NCBI RefSeq assembly: GCF_009914755.1
Contig: NC_060930.1
Origin: the human T2T-CHM13v2.0 reference genome, Homo sapiens
Strand: one strand, 5' to 3'
Length of the DNA: 64,000 nucleotides
Each line of letters starts with the position of its first letter. The stretch's first letter is position 1. The notes beneath the pieces are model-generated. The model was not told the origin of the DNA and did no database searches. It saw nothing but the letters and a program-made list of their open reading frames with translations. The position numbers were made by a program, and so were the translations under genes. Below are positions 31,638 to 45,603 of this stretch, one piece after another.

Positions 31638-31695
31638 CATCCCAGCAGCCCCACCTCTCCCAAACATCCCAGCAGCCCCACCTCTCCCAAACATC
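31638..31695. repeat. Perfect 27-bp tandem duplication
   Basis: (catcccagcagccccacctctcccaaa)x2 + catc. Confidence 0.95.
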
Positions 31696-31889
31696 GAGGC
31701 AACCACCCCTCGTATTTCCAGCCCCACCCTCCCTGCCCCTTTCATGATCCTTTCCAGCTCTTACCTTCTAGCAATCGCCGACTCCTTGATTCTCGGTCTA
31801 ATGCCTCCAGGGGACTCTGCTTTGTGCAACCCCTAACCCCTAAACTAGAGGAGTTTGGGGCATACATAAGGCAGGAAGCAGGAAGCCAG

Positions 31890-32100
31890 TGGATAGACTC
31901 CTGGTGGGAGCAGGGAGAGCCCAGGTTCACATTTGGCTCTGCCACTTACCACTGGCTGTGTGACTCTAGGAAAGCTACTTAACCTCTCCGAGCTCCAACA
32001 CTAGGCTCACCTGTAAAATGAGTGGTGATGGTAAAAGTACCCACCTCATAGTGCTATGGTGAAGGTTAAATAAGATAATAAATGTAAAGCACAGACCCTA
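31890..32100 (+). mobile_element. MIR
   Basis: 'ggctctgccactta...ctgtgtgactctaggaaagctacttaacctctc...cctgtaaaatg'. Confidence 0.8.
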
Positions 32101-32259
32101 GTATGTCATGAAATAATAAAAGGTTTGTTGGTTCTTCCTGGGCAAAATTGAACTCTCTCAATTTTCTCATCAAATAAGGATAATAGTGCTACCCCCCCAG
32201 GAATGTAGTGAGACCAAAGTCGATGATGCACACCCATGCCTGGCATGCAGTTGGGTCTC

Positions 32260-32790
32260 AGCGCAGCACATAACCGGGGGGAGTGTAAATGATTCAGCAC
32301 CTTGGGAGGTCCGTTTGTCATATCTTTTAAAATTACAAATGTGCATTCCTCTTGTCCCAATAATTCTATCTCTAGCTATTTTTCCTATAGTTTTATTTCC
32401 AAGTGTGTAAAATAACTTATGTACAAGATTTATATTAGTACATGATTGGAAATAACTCAAATTTCCATTCACTGAGAACTAGTTAAACCAATTATGGGAC
32501 ATAAATACACTGGAATACTATATAGCTTTAAAAAGGAATTAGGAAGTTCTTTCTGTACCCACACAGAAAGATCTCCAAGACACTTTGTTCTAGAGAAAAA
32601 GAAGAATGTGTTTGGAATGACTGCATTTATGTGCCTGTCTGTGCATAGAGTATCTCTGGAAGGACTCATAGCAGATCAGTGACAGCAGCTGTTGTCTTCA
32701 GAGAGGGAAGCTGGGGCACAGGAAAAGAGGAAGGCTTTTGTGGATTTGGAACCATGTGCATATAAAAGCTACTGATATGTATAAAGCCAG
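32260..32790 (+). mobile_element. L1ME-type 3' fragment
   Basis: 'tggaaataactcaaatttccattc...aattatgggacataaatacactggaatactatatagc'. Confidence 0.6.
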
Positions 32791-33433
32791 GAACTGTAAT
32801 AAGGCCAGGTCTGAAGTGAGCTCTCTGCGCTGAGGGGATGATGTGAGGCTTGGCTCCCCAAGTCTCAGGCATATGGCCTGTTGCTCTTGCCATCAGCACA
32901 CACTTGCAGGGGCTGAGAGTGGGGCTCAGCTGGGGACCAGGAAGTGCTGTACCCCTTTGGGGCAGGCAGCAGCTCGGTCCAACCCTGGCACGTTGGGAGG
33001 CCACTTTCCCTCAAGGGTTTCCACATGTTTGCACGTAAACTGCGGCTGTGGTACCAAGTGCCTGACTGCTCTGCCTGGGACCATGCCACCCAAGGGTTCT
33101 ATAAGTGTGACTGGAAAAGGAGAAAATATCACAGATGGCCCTAGCCCTGTGCCTCTGCTCTCTGCCTGGAGCAAAGGAGCTGCTGCTGTACCTCTGAAGG
33201 AATGAGGTTTCCATTTCTGAAGCAGGATCCAGCCCCTCAGAGGGAAAAGAGGGAGACAGATGGAGATGTAGAGTCTGTGGCATCAGACAGACATGGCTTC
33301 AAATCCCAGCTGGGCCACTCACCTGCCGTGTGGTCTTGGGCAAGGCATTTACCCTCCATTGGCCTCAGTTTCCACATCTGTAACATGGGCACAATCACAC
33401 TCACTTCTCAGGTGGTTGTGAAGAGCGAAGGTA

Positions 33434-33730
33434 GGCTAGACACAGTGGTTCATCCCTGTAATCCCAGCACTTTGGAGGCCGAGGCAGGAGGATTACTTGA
33501 GGCCAGGAGTTCGAGAACAACCTGAGCAACATAGTAACACCCCACCTCTACAAAAAATTGTAGCCAAACGTGGTGGCTCATGTCTAGTTCTAGCTACTTG
33601 AGGGGCTGAGGTGGAAGGATCTCTTGAGTCCAGGAATTGAAGGCTGTAGTGAGCTGTGACTGCATCACTGCACTCCAGCCTGGGTGACAAAGTGAGATGC
33701 TGTCTCGGAAAAAAAAGAAAAAGAAAAAGA
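33434..33730 (+). mobile_element. AluJ inserted in a MIR
   Basis: 'gaggattacttgaggccaggagttcgag'; TSD-like gaagagcgaaggta / gaagaacaaaggta; MIR sequence on both sides. Confidence 0.9.
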
Positions 33731-35034
33731 AGAACAAAGGTACATTTGTGAAGTGCATTAGCACAGAGTAATAACCGAGGGAAGGATTTGGGTGCAAGCA
33801 GTTTATTGGAGAGTGATCCTGAGGAGCACTGGGTGGGGAAGGCAGGGGCAGGAGGGAAGACAATGAAAGGTGTGTGAATGAGCAGTTAGCCTCCTGGGTA
33901 CAGGGCTCAATCCTGCTGAACCTCTGCGAGGCTGTGCAGAACAAGCCTCAGAGCTATCTCAGAGGGACCACTGGGGTATTTATATGCCAACTCCCTACAG
34001 TCATCAGGTTGAGGGCTGCTCTGAGCCATTTACACTCCTTGCACTTTCAGCCTGCGTGGAGCTCAGGGCAAGGACACTGGAGTGATGGGGTAGGGGTGTG
34101 GAATCAAAGAAACCTATCAGGCAGGGCACAGAACCACAGGTGCTTGGAGTCCAAGAGCCAGGCATGGGACTAGTGAGTGCCAGGGGTGTAAAGACGGAGC
34201 ACTGATATCCCTGCCACAAGTTCTTTGACATGTGCCAGGCACTGTTTTAAGCCCTTTAAAAATGTTAACTCACTTAATTCTTACTACAACACAATGAGGT
34301 GAATGAAGACAGAGACATAGAAAAGTGGAGAAACTTGCCCAAGTTTACCCACCTAGAAGAAGGAGTCGAGATTTTAACCAAGGAAGTCTGGTTTATTGGG
34401 TCTAACGGGACTTAGAGACCATGTAGGTCAATACCTTCATTTCATGGTGAGGAAATCAAAGACCAGAGAGGGCAAGCAATTTATCTAAAGTCACACAGCT
34501 AGCTAGCGACAGGACTAGGACTTGAACTTAGATCTCTGTTCCTTCCTTGACACGCCCCCTGCTTAGCCTTAGCCTTTTCTCCTCTGGGTTGCCAGACTCA
34601 GGTGGGGCTGGGGTGTGGGAGGTGGCTTTCTGCAGAGCACTGGGTGCTGCAGTGCGGAAGCCAGGAGGCCATTAATCGGCCGGGAAGGCGGGCATAGCAC
34701 AATCAGATTATGATCTTTAAGATGCATGCTTTGAATCTCAAAATCAGCAAAAGAATCAGGCCCCAGAGGAGGCGTGTGTCGTCTGTCCCTGCTTTTTAAC
34801 CCCAGGCTGGCATCAAAGAGGAAAAGATGAGCTGGGCTCACTAGGGTGTGAAATTTCCTTTTTTTCTCCTGGGGTGGGGAGGGAGAGATGAGAAATTGCG
34901 CTGCATCTCATGTGTAATTATAGGCTCTAGAATTTCTTGAGGATTATGTTGCTCAAAGAGACTCAGTGGGCTCTGTGTGGTATTGCTGGGCCCCGGTGGA
35001 CATGCCTCTCAGTAAACTAAGGGAGACTAGGAGC

Positions 35035-35035
<1 letters not shown>

Positions 35036-35074
<39 letters not shown>

Positions 35075-35084
35075 CATGTGTGTG
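35036..35084. repeat. (TG)n(CG)n alternating purine-pyrimidine tract
   Basis: 49 bp of uninterrupted RY alternation. Confidence 0.95.
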
Positions 35085-35276
35085 GACGAATGCAAGGAGA
35101 AAGCACAACTGACAAAATGTAAATTAACTCTTGCAGCTTCATATTTTTCAGAAAAATCAGAGCAGGGGCTGGCTGTCTTCACCCAGAGATAAACTTCTAG
35201 AATCTTTGCCCTTGAGTTACCGAGAGGTGTCCTTGCCAGACTCTTGGCATGTTGCTGCGGACATGTCTGGCGAGAC

Positions 35277-35389
35277 AAAGGTGACCGACTTGTTCCCGTT
35301 TTCTAGGTACTGCCCAGTTTTAGCAATGAAAGTCCCACGTCACGGGAAACCTCTGAGTCCTGGAGAAATCAAGATGGTAAGTCACCCTA
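35277..35389. mobile_element. MER81 hAT MITE
   Basis: 'ggtgacc...ttttagcaatgaaagtccc...gggaaacc...gtcacccta' matches recalled MER81 consensus. Confidence 0.8.
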
Positions 35390-36789
35390 GGTATGACCCT
35401 TCAGACCCTACCCTGGCCAAGCCTGGACCAAGAGAAGCCAGCTGTGTCAGAAGACTGGGCTGGCAGTGGCTGGATAAGGTCACAGGCAAGTGCAGGCCAT
35501 CCAGCCAGGTTCCAAATCCATCTCTAATTCTCATCTTGGGATCCCCTGCCTTTATCTGACTGCTCCCTCAAGTAGGGTCACACCCCAGTCAGGGGCCGTT
35601 CCTGCTCTGGGAAGGGGGTGGTCCATTATTCCCTCATGGGTCTGGTTGGTCTGGCTGGCAGAGCTGTGTGCCTGGGGTGAGGAGAGGGCAGGACCAGTGC
35701 TGAGGCCAAGCTATAAGTGCTGTGCAACTTGGGAAAGTCCTTTTCCTTCTCTGGGCCTCAGTTTCATAAGCGGTTGCGCTGAGAAATTGCTGTTTTTTTT
35801 TTTTTTTTTTTTTGGGAGGGGGAAGATTTATGTTTAAATTATGCAAGTAATACAATTGTTAAAAAAATTTAACAGTACATAATGTAAGATGAGAGGTTAA
35901 AGTCCCTTTCTGCTTCTCCTTATCCTGTGGGACAACCATTGCTAACAGTCTCTTTTTATCTTTCCAGACATTTTCTATGCATATGCAAGCATGTGAGTAT
36001 ATATAGCCTTTATTTAAAATGTAACACAAATGAGACTATACTTTACATGCTATTCTGCAACTTGCCTTTTCTGTTTAACAATATATCCTGGACATCTTTC
36101 CATGTCCCCATACACATAAATCTCCCTCGTTCTTGCTGCAGAATGTTCTGCGGGAAGGATGCACTCTGGTTTGTTTAACTAGAACTGCTGGTTTCCAAGG
36201 TCCCTACTAGCTCAGAGCCCACCACCCAGGCAAAAAGAAAAGCTGGAGGGGGCTGTGGAACAGGGCTGGGGAATATCAGCAGATTCTCAGACTAGGAAGG
36301 CTGGGTGTCTGCCCCAGCTCTTCAATGAGAGACGTAAAATGATTTAGAGATGGGTGAGGAGGAACCAGTAACTCCTGGGTCCGGGAAATTAGGCATGGGG
36401 TGGGGGCAGGGGCTTCTAAAGATACACGGAACACCCTGCCTGGCACCGAGGTAGGGCCGCAGACGCAAGGCTCTCTGCTAATGCAATGTGACGGGCCTGC
36501 AGCCCCTAGTAAGTTTTTCCATTTCTTTGTCTTTCCTGAGAGAGGCTCATGATTATCGCCTTCTAGGTCACCAGGAGCAGAGCACAGAGGGACAACACAG
36601 CTTTTGCGCTTCCAGCTGGCTCCCATCAAGAAGTTAGAAGGGAGCCTGCAAACACATTTCCTGCTATCATCTCTCCACCCCAGAATGACTTTCCCTGGTA
36701 GAGCTGGGGGAGGGGAGGCGGGCAGCAGGCCCCCCAGGAGGCCCTGGGCAGGAATATTAATACTCCAACTTCCCAGCACAAGAGGAGGG

Positions 36790-38220
36790 AGGAGGAGCGG
36801 CCACGGCGCAGTCCGGTCCTGGGGGCCCTGGAAGGTGGTTGCTGAGCAGCCCGTGGGAGGCACGGATCCGCCAGCTCACGGCGGCAGGGGCCGCCCAAGT
36901 CCTAATGAAAACACCTAGCTCCTGGCAGGGCGCAGCCGACACATCGCCCTGCCTTCTCGGCCACCTGGGAGAGGATGGGCGCCGCACGCGGATACCCAAC
37001 CTGCCGGGTTGTGCTCGCAGTGACATCGCTTTTCTCCCGGCAAGTGCATCCATCTCGCTGGGTCTGGATAGATAACACAATCTCTCTGCCCACACCCCAT
37101 TTGCTGGGAGACAGCCTGGGCTTCTCCATTTTTTATGGGCTCACTTAGCTTGGAGGAAATCCAGAGGTCAAAGCCGGCGCAGACGCTCCAGTCACCTTGC
37201 CCGTCCGGGCGCGCAGCCATTCCGAAACGGGCTCACCCACGGGGCCCTAAATTACGGCGATTACACTGCAATTCGCAGCGCGATATTACTTTGACACACT
37301 ACCTGCTGCAGCTTGGCCCGGGAGGCGTGCATTATTTACCAGGGAGGCTGTCCGTACTGCGCACCAGAGCTGACAGCGCTCCGCGGGGTCCCTCCTGTCC
37401 CTACAGCCCCGCCTTCGCCCGCGGTGCGGGGTCTGGAGGCAGTGGGGCGGGGGCAGGGGGTCATTGGAGCAGCCCCGCTCTCTCGGAGTGACCGTTTCCT
37501 GAACGCAATATAGCCCGGAGAGGACCCAGTGGCGGAAGCGGCAGCTGGCGATGAGGTTGGGGGTTAGTAGGTGGGAACAAGTGCTGAGCCCGCAGCTCCT
37601 CCTGGCTCTTAAGGACACCCAGACCCTCCTTAGCCGGCCTATAAGGGCCCTTGTTGCGCGCGCGCAGGGACCCACACAGAGGGCCTGCCCAGGGGTGCAA
37701 GGCTGGTCCCTGGCCCCTGGCCAACTGTTAAAACGGCTAGCAGCCGGCTAACCCCACCGGCAGGCTCTAGGATTTAGCCTGTGGCGGCTGGTGGCGGAGA
37801 TGGAGGGAACTCAGGCTACCCTCTTCCTCGGGCCCTGGAAGCTGCGTGCGCCTCAGCTGAGGCCTGATTTCGCCGTGGCTGGGGGCTGGGGCCGGAGTTG
37901 GGCCCGGCTTCTCTCCGGCTCCCCCATTACGGTTTGGCATCAGCATCTAGATTGCAGGTTACTTCTGCTTTTATCCAAAGCGGTCCTTAAGGGAGATGGA
38001 GTTCTGATTGAAATCCAGTCAATTGGCGCCGTGGCTCAGAGGGCCCAGCGTGAGCACACTTGTAGGGAAATTGCCCTGGGTCTGAGAGGAGGGGCAGGGG
38101 TGGGGGAGGGAACAGGACCCGCAGGCCTGCTCTGGAGCCTGTGAACGCGCTGCTGCGAGGACTTTAGCGGATGCGCTCAGGTCGGTATCCGCGGGAGTCC
38201 TGGAGGGAAATCCGCTCTCC
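36790..38220. promoter_or_regulatory. CpG island with GC boxes, an ETS-like site and a TATA-like element; no linked coding exon found
   Basis: Sharp rise in CpG density against depleted flanks; ggggcggggg (~37444), ggcggaagcg (~37531), cctataagg (~37638), gcgcgcgcgc (~37656). Confidence 0.8.
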
Positions 38221-41200
38221 TTCTCCAGCTCCCTGGGATTGATGGAACCAGAAACCTCAAGCAAGGGATCCCCAGAGGTCACTGCGTCCAGTCTCCAGCC
38301 TCAGACAGTGTCTGGGTAGTGGAGGAGGGGCCGAGTCTGTGGGACCGAGCTGTCTGCTTTGGTGGGTGAAGGAGGGTGGACTTCTGGGGTCTGGGTTGAG
38401 ATGTGGATTAGTTCCAGGACTAGTTCCTGTTACTCGTAGGCGGGGAGAGGTCATGGTCCCTGCTGAACACATCTGGCTGTGTTCAGTCCTGAACTGCCCT
38501 GGGCTCCTCAGCAGTGTGCACAGGGGTCTGGCCTCCAAATTTCTTGTTAACAGCCCATCAGGAGCTGGAGGAGCTGGCCTGGCCTTCAAGGTGTGGAGGG
38601 GTTCCTGGAAGGAAGCAGATGGGCACAGGGAGGAGAAGAATGACAAATCCATGCTTCCCCAATGCTGGGGAGAGAATATGGTGGTGGGGAGGAAGCATGG
38701 AGACCAGAAGCATTCCCGGGAATGCTTCTGGAAGTATCCCAGAAATGTCAAGAGCTCATTCTGCCAGCTCTTCCGGGGCCAGCAAAGAACATACATATCA
38801 TTTCTCCATCCACTTTGGGACCTGCCTGAGATGAACATATGTTTTAAAAGGAATCCCAATTGCTGCAGGAGCAGATGGTGCTACAGGGGCAGGCAAGGGC
38901 AGGAGAAAGGATACTGGCTGGCAGTAGGGTAGGAGTCCTGGGCTCTGCCTCGCCCCTTCCTCTTACCAGCCGTGTGAGCTGTGTGGCTGCGGGCAAGTCA
39001 CTCCCCGGCTCTGTGCTGCCCCATTTTCCTTGTGAAGAATGAGTGGGTCCCCTGTAGCATGCAGGATGAGCTGAGGCCTCACTCCCCTGCGGTGGAGAGG
39101 ACAGAACACTCTCTCCATCAGCAGGGAAGACAGATTTTCCTATTTATTAGCCTGTTCAGCTGGCAGACACAGGGACTGTCCTCTAGGCCATGGGGTGGGG
39201 AAGAGGGGGACAGAGCCCCACACCAGCCCCCGCTGTGTCCATCCTCTGCCTGTGGCTGTTTGCCTGATTGATTTGTTTGGTGGCCTCCCTGGCTGGGATT
39301 GGGTCCCTGTGTCCTCCTGCACATTTGCCTCTGGTCCCTCTCTGTGTGGTCAGGAGGGGGAGCTCTAGGTGTAGGGGCGGAAGAGACTGGAACATCTATC
39401 CATCACGGACTGACTCTTGGGCTTGGTAAGGATCCTAACAACCACCGGGTCCACCTGCCACCTTGTGCTCCGGGCCCCTCCCCAGAAGCTCCCCCTGCAG
39501 TGGGAGGCTCACTGCCTCTCGCTGAGCCACTCCCAGAAAGTTCACCCTTTTCTGGATCCCAAGTCGAGTCCCTTGTGTCATCTCTCATTCATCCTAGCTC
39601 TTCTTGTTGGCCTAGGTGTGAACTCCATGCCTACAGGACCACCCTTCAGATATTTCAGGGCAGCGATCTTGTTCACCCCCTACTCCACCTTCTTGGGGCA
39701 AAACCTGCCTAGTATCCTCCCTGCTGCTTCCCAGTCCCCTCACACTCTAGCTCTGACAAGAAGTGATTGAGCTTCCAGTCAGATGTCAGAGGCCCTGGTC
39801 TCCAGGGAGCTTCTAGTCTGGGAGATAGTCTTCCTAGGACCTAAAGAATGAATAACAAAATCACACAGGCATTTGGGACTGTTGGATTTCCAACTGGTAT
39901 GGCTGCTGGTCTGGAAACCTCCTCAGAGGTGAGTGGGTTTAGTCGTCTTCCATGTAGAGAAGTCTTCCTGTTCTCTCTGAAACAGCTATGCTCCCCCTCC
40001 TCAGAGACTGTGGGACTACTGGGTGCTCCGATGGCGCTGGTGCCTGCTCCGGAGAGAAGTGGGAGAGAATACTTTCCAGTTCTTCCCACCTCCATCCCCA
40101 TCCATCCTGGTGTGGGTACCACAGAAACCTGAGGTCCAGGGGGAAGCTTTCCACAGTGGGACCACCTCAGTGTCTTCGGTCCCCAGGGCACCTACTTTTT
40201 CTCCTGACTTCCAGAAGATGTTCCCAGAGGGGCTGGTCTACGCTGCAAGAGTGGGCCCGCCACATCTAGGCCTCCACCCCGCCCCCAGCTCTTAATTTAT
40301 TATTAACTCTGGAACTGACTTTGAAATTATGGAAGGCCATGTTGTTTCTTTCCTCTGCATCTCTTATGGTCCCCAAGGGGAGGCGAGCTGAGAGTGCCAG
40401 ATACACAAATATGCAGCGAAAACCCTGTGGATTTTTGGTTCTAGCAAGGGGAAGGAAATTAGCTGTAATAAGCTGCTGTCGCCTCACTGGAAAGCCTCCA
40501 GCACAGACCCTCGGAGGGGCTCCTGGGCCCCCTTCCTCTGCTCTCCCCACTTCCCGGCTGCATGGCTGAAGATCTCTGTCTTCAGCTTCCCCTGCAGGGG
40601 AGTGGCCTCCTCCCCACCCAGTCCTGTGACATCACTGATGGAGATGATCAATATCCCGGGCCTGTGAGGAGGAGGAGGAGGAGGAGACTGCAGGCACACA
40701 GAGAAGTGGTCTCTGGCCTCTTCCCAAGCCATTAGCTTGAATGGTGGTAGGAGAGGCAGGTGGGAGTCAATTTCCATTCTCCTAGAATTACTGGAAGGCA
40801 GAGGGTTATTTGGAAGTTTCTGAAAGGTGTGAGGTATTCATTGGCCCTCACACAAAAGGATCAGTAGGCTCTGGTCTTTCCTTTTTCCTCTCCTGAGGAG
40901 AGCCAAGGGCTAAAACCCTTAAGTGACTACCCCACAGCAACAGCTGCACTTAGGCAGAAAATAGCCTGGGCTGTGACTGGAGCCCTGGAAGGAACTAGTT
41001 CTAGCCCTTTGCTGGCTAACTTGGCCCATCCTGATCTGGCATTGGGCTTCTCTCTGGCTTCTAATGCAAAGAACATAACTCAATCAAATGGCAGATATGA
41101 TGTTAAGCATTCATTGAATTGAGTGGTTAAGTTCCCCCATAACTTGCTGTGTGACCTCTGGTGAGTCACCTAACCTCTCTGGGCTTCACATACTTTATAT

Positions 41201-41459
41201 GTAAAAGGAGAGCAGGAGTGAGATGAGTGCACCATTTCTAAGACCCAGGAGTAATCATGCTGGGACACATGTTTTATAACCGTGGCCCAAACGCTCTTTC
41301 CTTCATGTCCACCAGCCAAAATGTTGGGCCTCACTCGCCGGTAATGCTATTACATGGAAGGTTTTACGGCCAACAGGACAGTCATGAGCTTTCACTACTA
41401 ATAATTATCTTTGTGATTTAAAATTTTAGCAATAAGATGGATTCTTACCAATATTACTA

Positions 41460-41818
41460 TGTATTAGTCTGTTTTCACATTGCTGTAAAGAACTACCTGA
41501 CACTAGGCAGTTAATAAAGAGAAGAGGTTTCATTGACTCACAGTTCAGCGGGCTGTATAGGAAACATGGCTGGGAGGCCTCAGGAAGGTGCATGGGAAGC
41601 AAGCACCTCTTTACATGGTGGCAGGAGAGAAAGGGCAAAGGGGAAGTGCCACACACTTTTAACCAACCAGATCTCATGAGCCAGCACTAGGGGGATGGTA
41701 CTAAACCACTAGAAACCACCCTCATGATCCAATCACCTCCCACCAGGCCCCACCTCCAACACTCGGGATCACGTTTCAACATGAGATTTGGGTGGGGACA
41801 CAGAGCCAAACCATACCA
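41460..41818 (-). mobile_element. MSTA-like MaLR solo LTR
   Basis: tgtattagtctgttttcacattgctgtaaagaactacctga ... gggacacagagccaaaccatacca. Confidence 0.88.
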
Positions 41819-42002
41819 TACCGTATATTTTTACTTTTTAAAAAATTTCCTAAGATTTTTCCCTTGGAGAGACAACAGGCTGTAAGAGTAAAGAGTGTGA
41901 GCCCAGGAGTCTGTCTGCCTGGATTTGAATCCTGGCTCTGCCACCTACCAGCTTTGTTATCTTGAGGGTGTCCCTTCACTTCTCTGTGCCTCCGTGTCCT
42001 CA

Positions 42003-42287
<285 letters not shown>

Positions 42288-42574
42288 GCAGCGGGGAAAA
42301 TAATACAACACAAAGCTGCTGTGGTCTGAAGGGCTTAAAACAGTACCTGGTGCATAGTTAGTGCAAGCTTACTGAGTGTTGAGTGTTATTACTGTCAATG
42401 ATAATAATAGAATGCCTTTGAACCCTTCTCAGGAGAAGCAGCCTTTTTATTTCCTCATGTTGGCCCCTGCATCTTTGCTAGAGTGATCAATTAGACACAT
42501 ATACTTTCTGAAATTCTGAGGGCACCCAGTGGGATGATCTTTAAGGTATACTTCCAGCCAGAATGTTGGGGGCG

Positions 42575-42576
<2 letters not shown>

Positions 42577-42620
<44 letters not shown>
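42577..42620. repeat. (GT)n microsatellite
   Basis: Directly visible. Confidence 0.95.
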
Positions 42621-42622
<2 letters not shown>

Positions 42623-43727
42623 CTGGCTAATAGTATACACTGGTTAACTGAGAATAGCCCATTCCTTTTAGTTTCGTTCTCCTACAGTTGAACATTGATT
42701 AGAAATGCACAAATCCTGTCCCTTGCCTTAGCGGAGTTATTAGTATTCCTTTCTGAGGAGGCCATAAGGTATTATCGGCAGGCACCATAGGTAGGCTGTG
42801 AGAAGGGCGAGTCAGTTCTGCCTCTTCCCCTGGCTTCCACATCTGTAAAATGGGGGCAATAACACTTAGAGGGCGTGGGGGCTTTCCATCCTCACAAGGA
42901 GACCTCAGGTGAGATGATGGCTCCAAGATAACTTTTTAAACTGTAACATGCCGGTCACCCAAAATGGCATATCCTCCTTACCACAGAGCCTCTGCACCCT
43001 GGGAACCCTTTTTCAGGACAAGGTGTCACCTTATCCCAGGTCCCTGGGGGGGAGGCCCAGGAGGTAAAGGATTAGGATATTGTTTTGTTCCTTGCATTCT
43101 TTTCTGATCTTGTTTTATCTTAAAAGTTAAAACAAAGATCCAGTTAATGGATAGTCCCATGAATTCAGACTTCAGAGGTCGGGTGTGCCTGTGTGTATTG
43201 TGGCTTCCCCATGGGCCCGGCTTTGACCAATGCCTTTGTAACAAGCATCTTAGTTCCCAGAGCTCATGTCTGCACAACACCGCACACTTTGTGGATGTAG
43301 ACATTCATTCGTTTGACAAATATTTATGGAGAAACTGCCAAATGCTGTTCTAGGCACTGGGGAGATAGCCATGAGTGACACAAGGTCCCTGCCCTCGTGG
43401 AGCCCATGCCGAGAGGGAGAGAGACTGACAACAAATAGGAAGATACATAAAAAGGATTTTTTTTTTCATGACGATGAGTGCCTTGAAAAAAAGAAACCGG
43501 GGGAGTGTGATAGAAAGTGACTTGAAGGGCAAGTGTCCTTCCTTAGGTGTGGTCGGGACAGGACAGATTCTGCTGAATGGGCCACTTTATGTAACAGAGA
43601 TAGTCCCAAGTCCTTTCTATTTAATAGAAGTACTACTGCTACCATGCATAAGGACAATGACAGTAATTAACAGTTACTACTTGCTGATGCCACACCCTGT
43701 TCTGAATGGTTAGAAGAATCGAATCCT

Positions 43728-44066
<339 letters not shown>

Positions 44067-45195
44067 TCATTATTATCCCCACTGTACCAGTGAGGAAACT
44101 GAGGCACAGAGAGGTTAAGCAACAATGCACAGCTAACAATGAATGAAACTGGAATTGGAGTGTCCTGATCAGTTTGAGAATATTGGTGCTTTGGGGGTCT
44201 ATTGTATGAGTGTTTAACTGCCATTTGAATAGTTGTGCTCCATTAAGTATTCTTCATTCAATTTGACCCATTTTTTAAATGAATTTGGTAATTTGTAAGT
44301 TTTATCTCATTTGAGTGAAGAGGGCTTCCTTTGGGAGTTGGGAGGCGGGTGGTTCAGGAAGGTTTGTAGCTTCCAGGATGGTAAAGGTAGAGAAATCTTG
44401 AAGTTGTGGAATAGGAGAGCTGCAAAGGCTCCATTTGGGCCTGGTCACTTACTGTGTAGATTGAAACAGAGGGCCCAGAGAGGGACTAGAGTCACCCAAA
44501 GCCACATGCCACACACACTGTGGCCCCCTTCCCTCCAGCCTTCTGCACATTTTGAAGAGCATGTCAGATTCTATTAAGAGTAACCAAGCGCAGTGCTCCA
44601 ACATGGTTTCGGTCTATTTATCCAGGGACACCACAGCTTTGGAGGCAGCAAACATGCCCATTTGTTACTATTTGCAAAGATGGTGTACACCAAACATGGG
44701 CTTTCCGTAAACAAATTAAAAAGTAATAAAGTGGCCCCATCTGCATACTAGAGCAATGTGCTTCCATTTTAATGAAGCTTGCTATAGAAAAGCCATTTGA
44801 TGGCTTGTCAAAAGCGTGAATGCCTGTGGCTGAACGTGGAAGTATGCTGTGGTGCAAAGACGTAGTCCTTTCTTCCTCCAGTATGCACGCGGCACCTGCC
44901 ACACCTGCTGCAAGGACCTGGTCCTGCCCCTAGGCCATCTGCTACGCCAAGGAGACCCTGTGTGTGCATACAATACAGTTAAATATCAAGGTCAGTCATC
45001 ACAAGAGGGTTCACGGGCCAAATGAACAGTAATAATAGCAATACTATTTAATCAGCGCTGGCTGATATCAGTGCTGGAGATCTTCTGTTTGCTCCTCGAA
45101 ATCCACTCTCCCCCCTCTTCTGCCCTGCACTGTGCCCCGGGAGGCTGACTCAGGATTGCATCCTGGGACCTTCTCTGGGTGGTGTTACCCAATGA

Positions 45196-45603
<408 letters not shown>

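Noticed and set aside
38257-38932. Overlapping ~200-aa ORFs next to the CpG island
   Set aside because: Open on both strands, non-ATG starts, no homology I can recognise.
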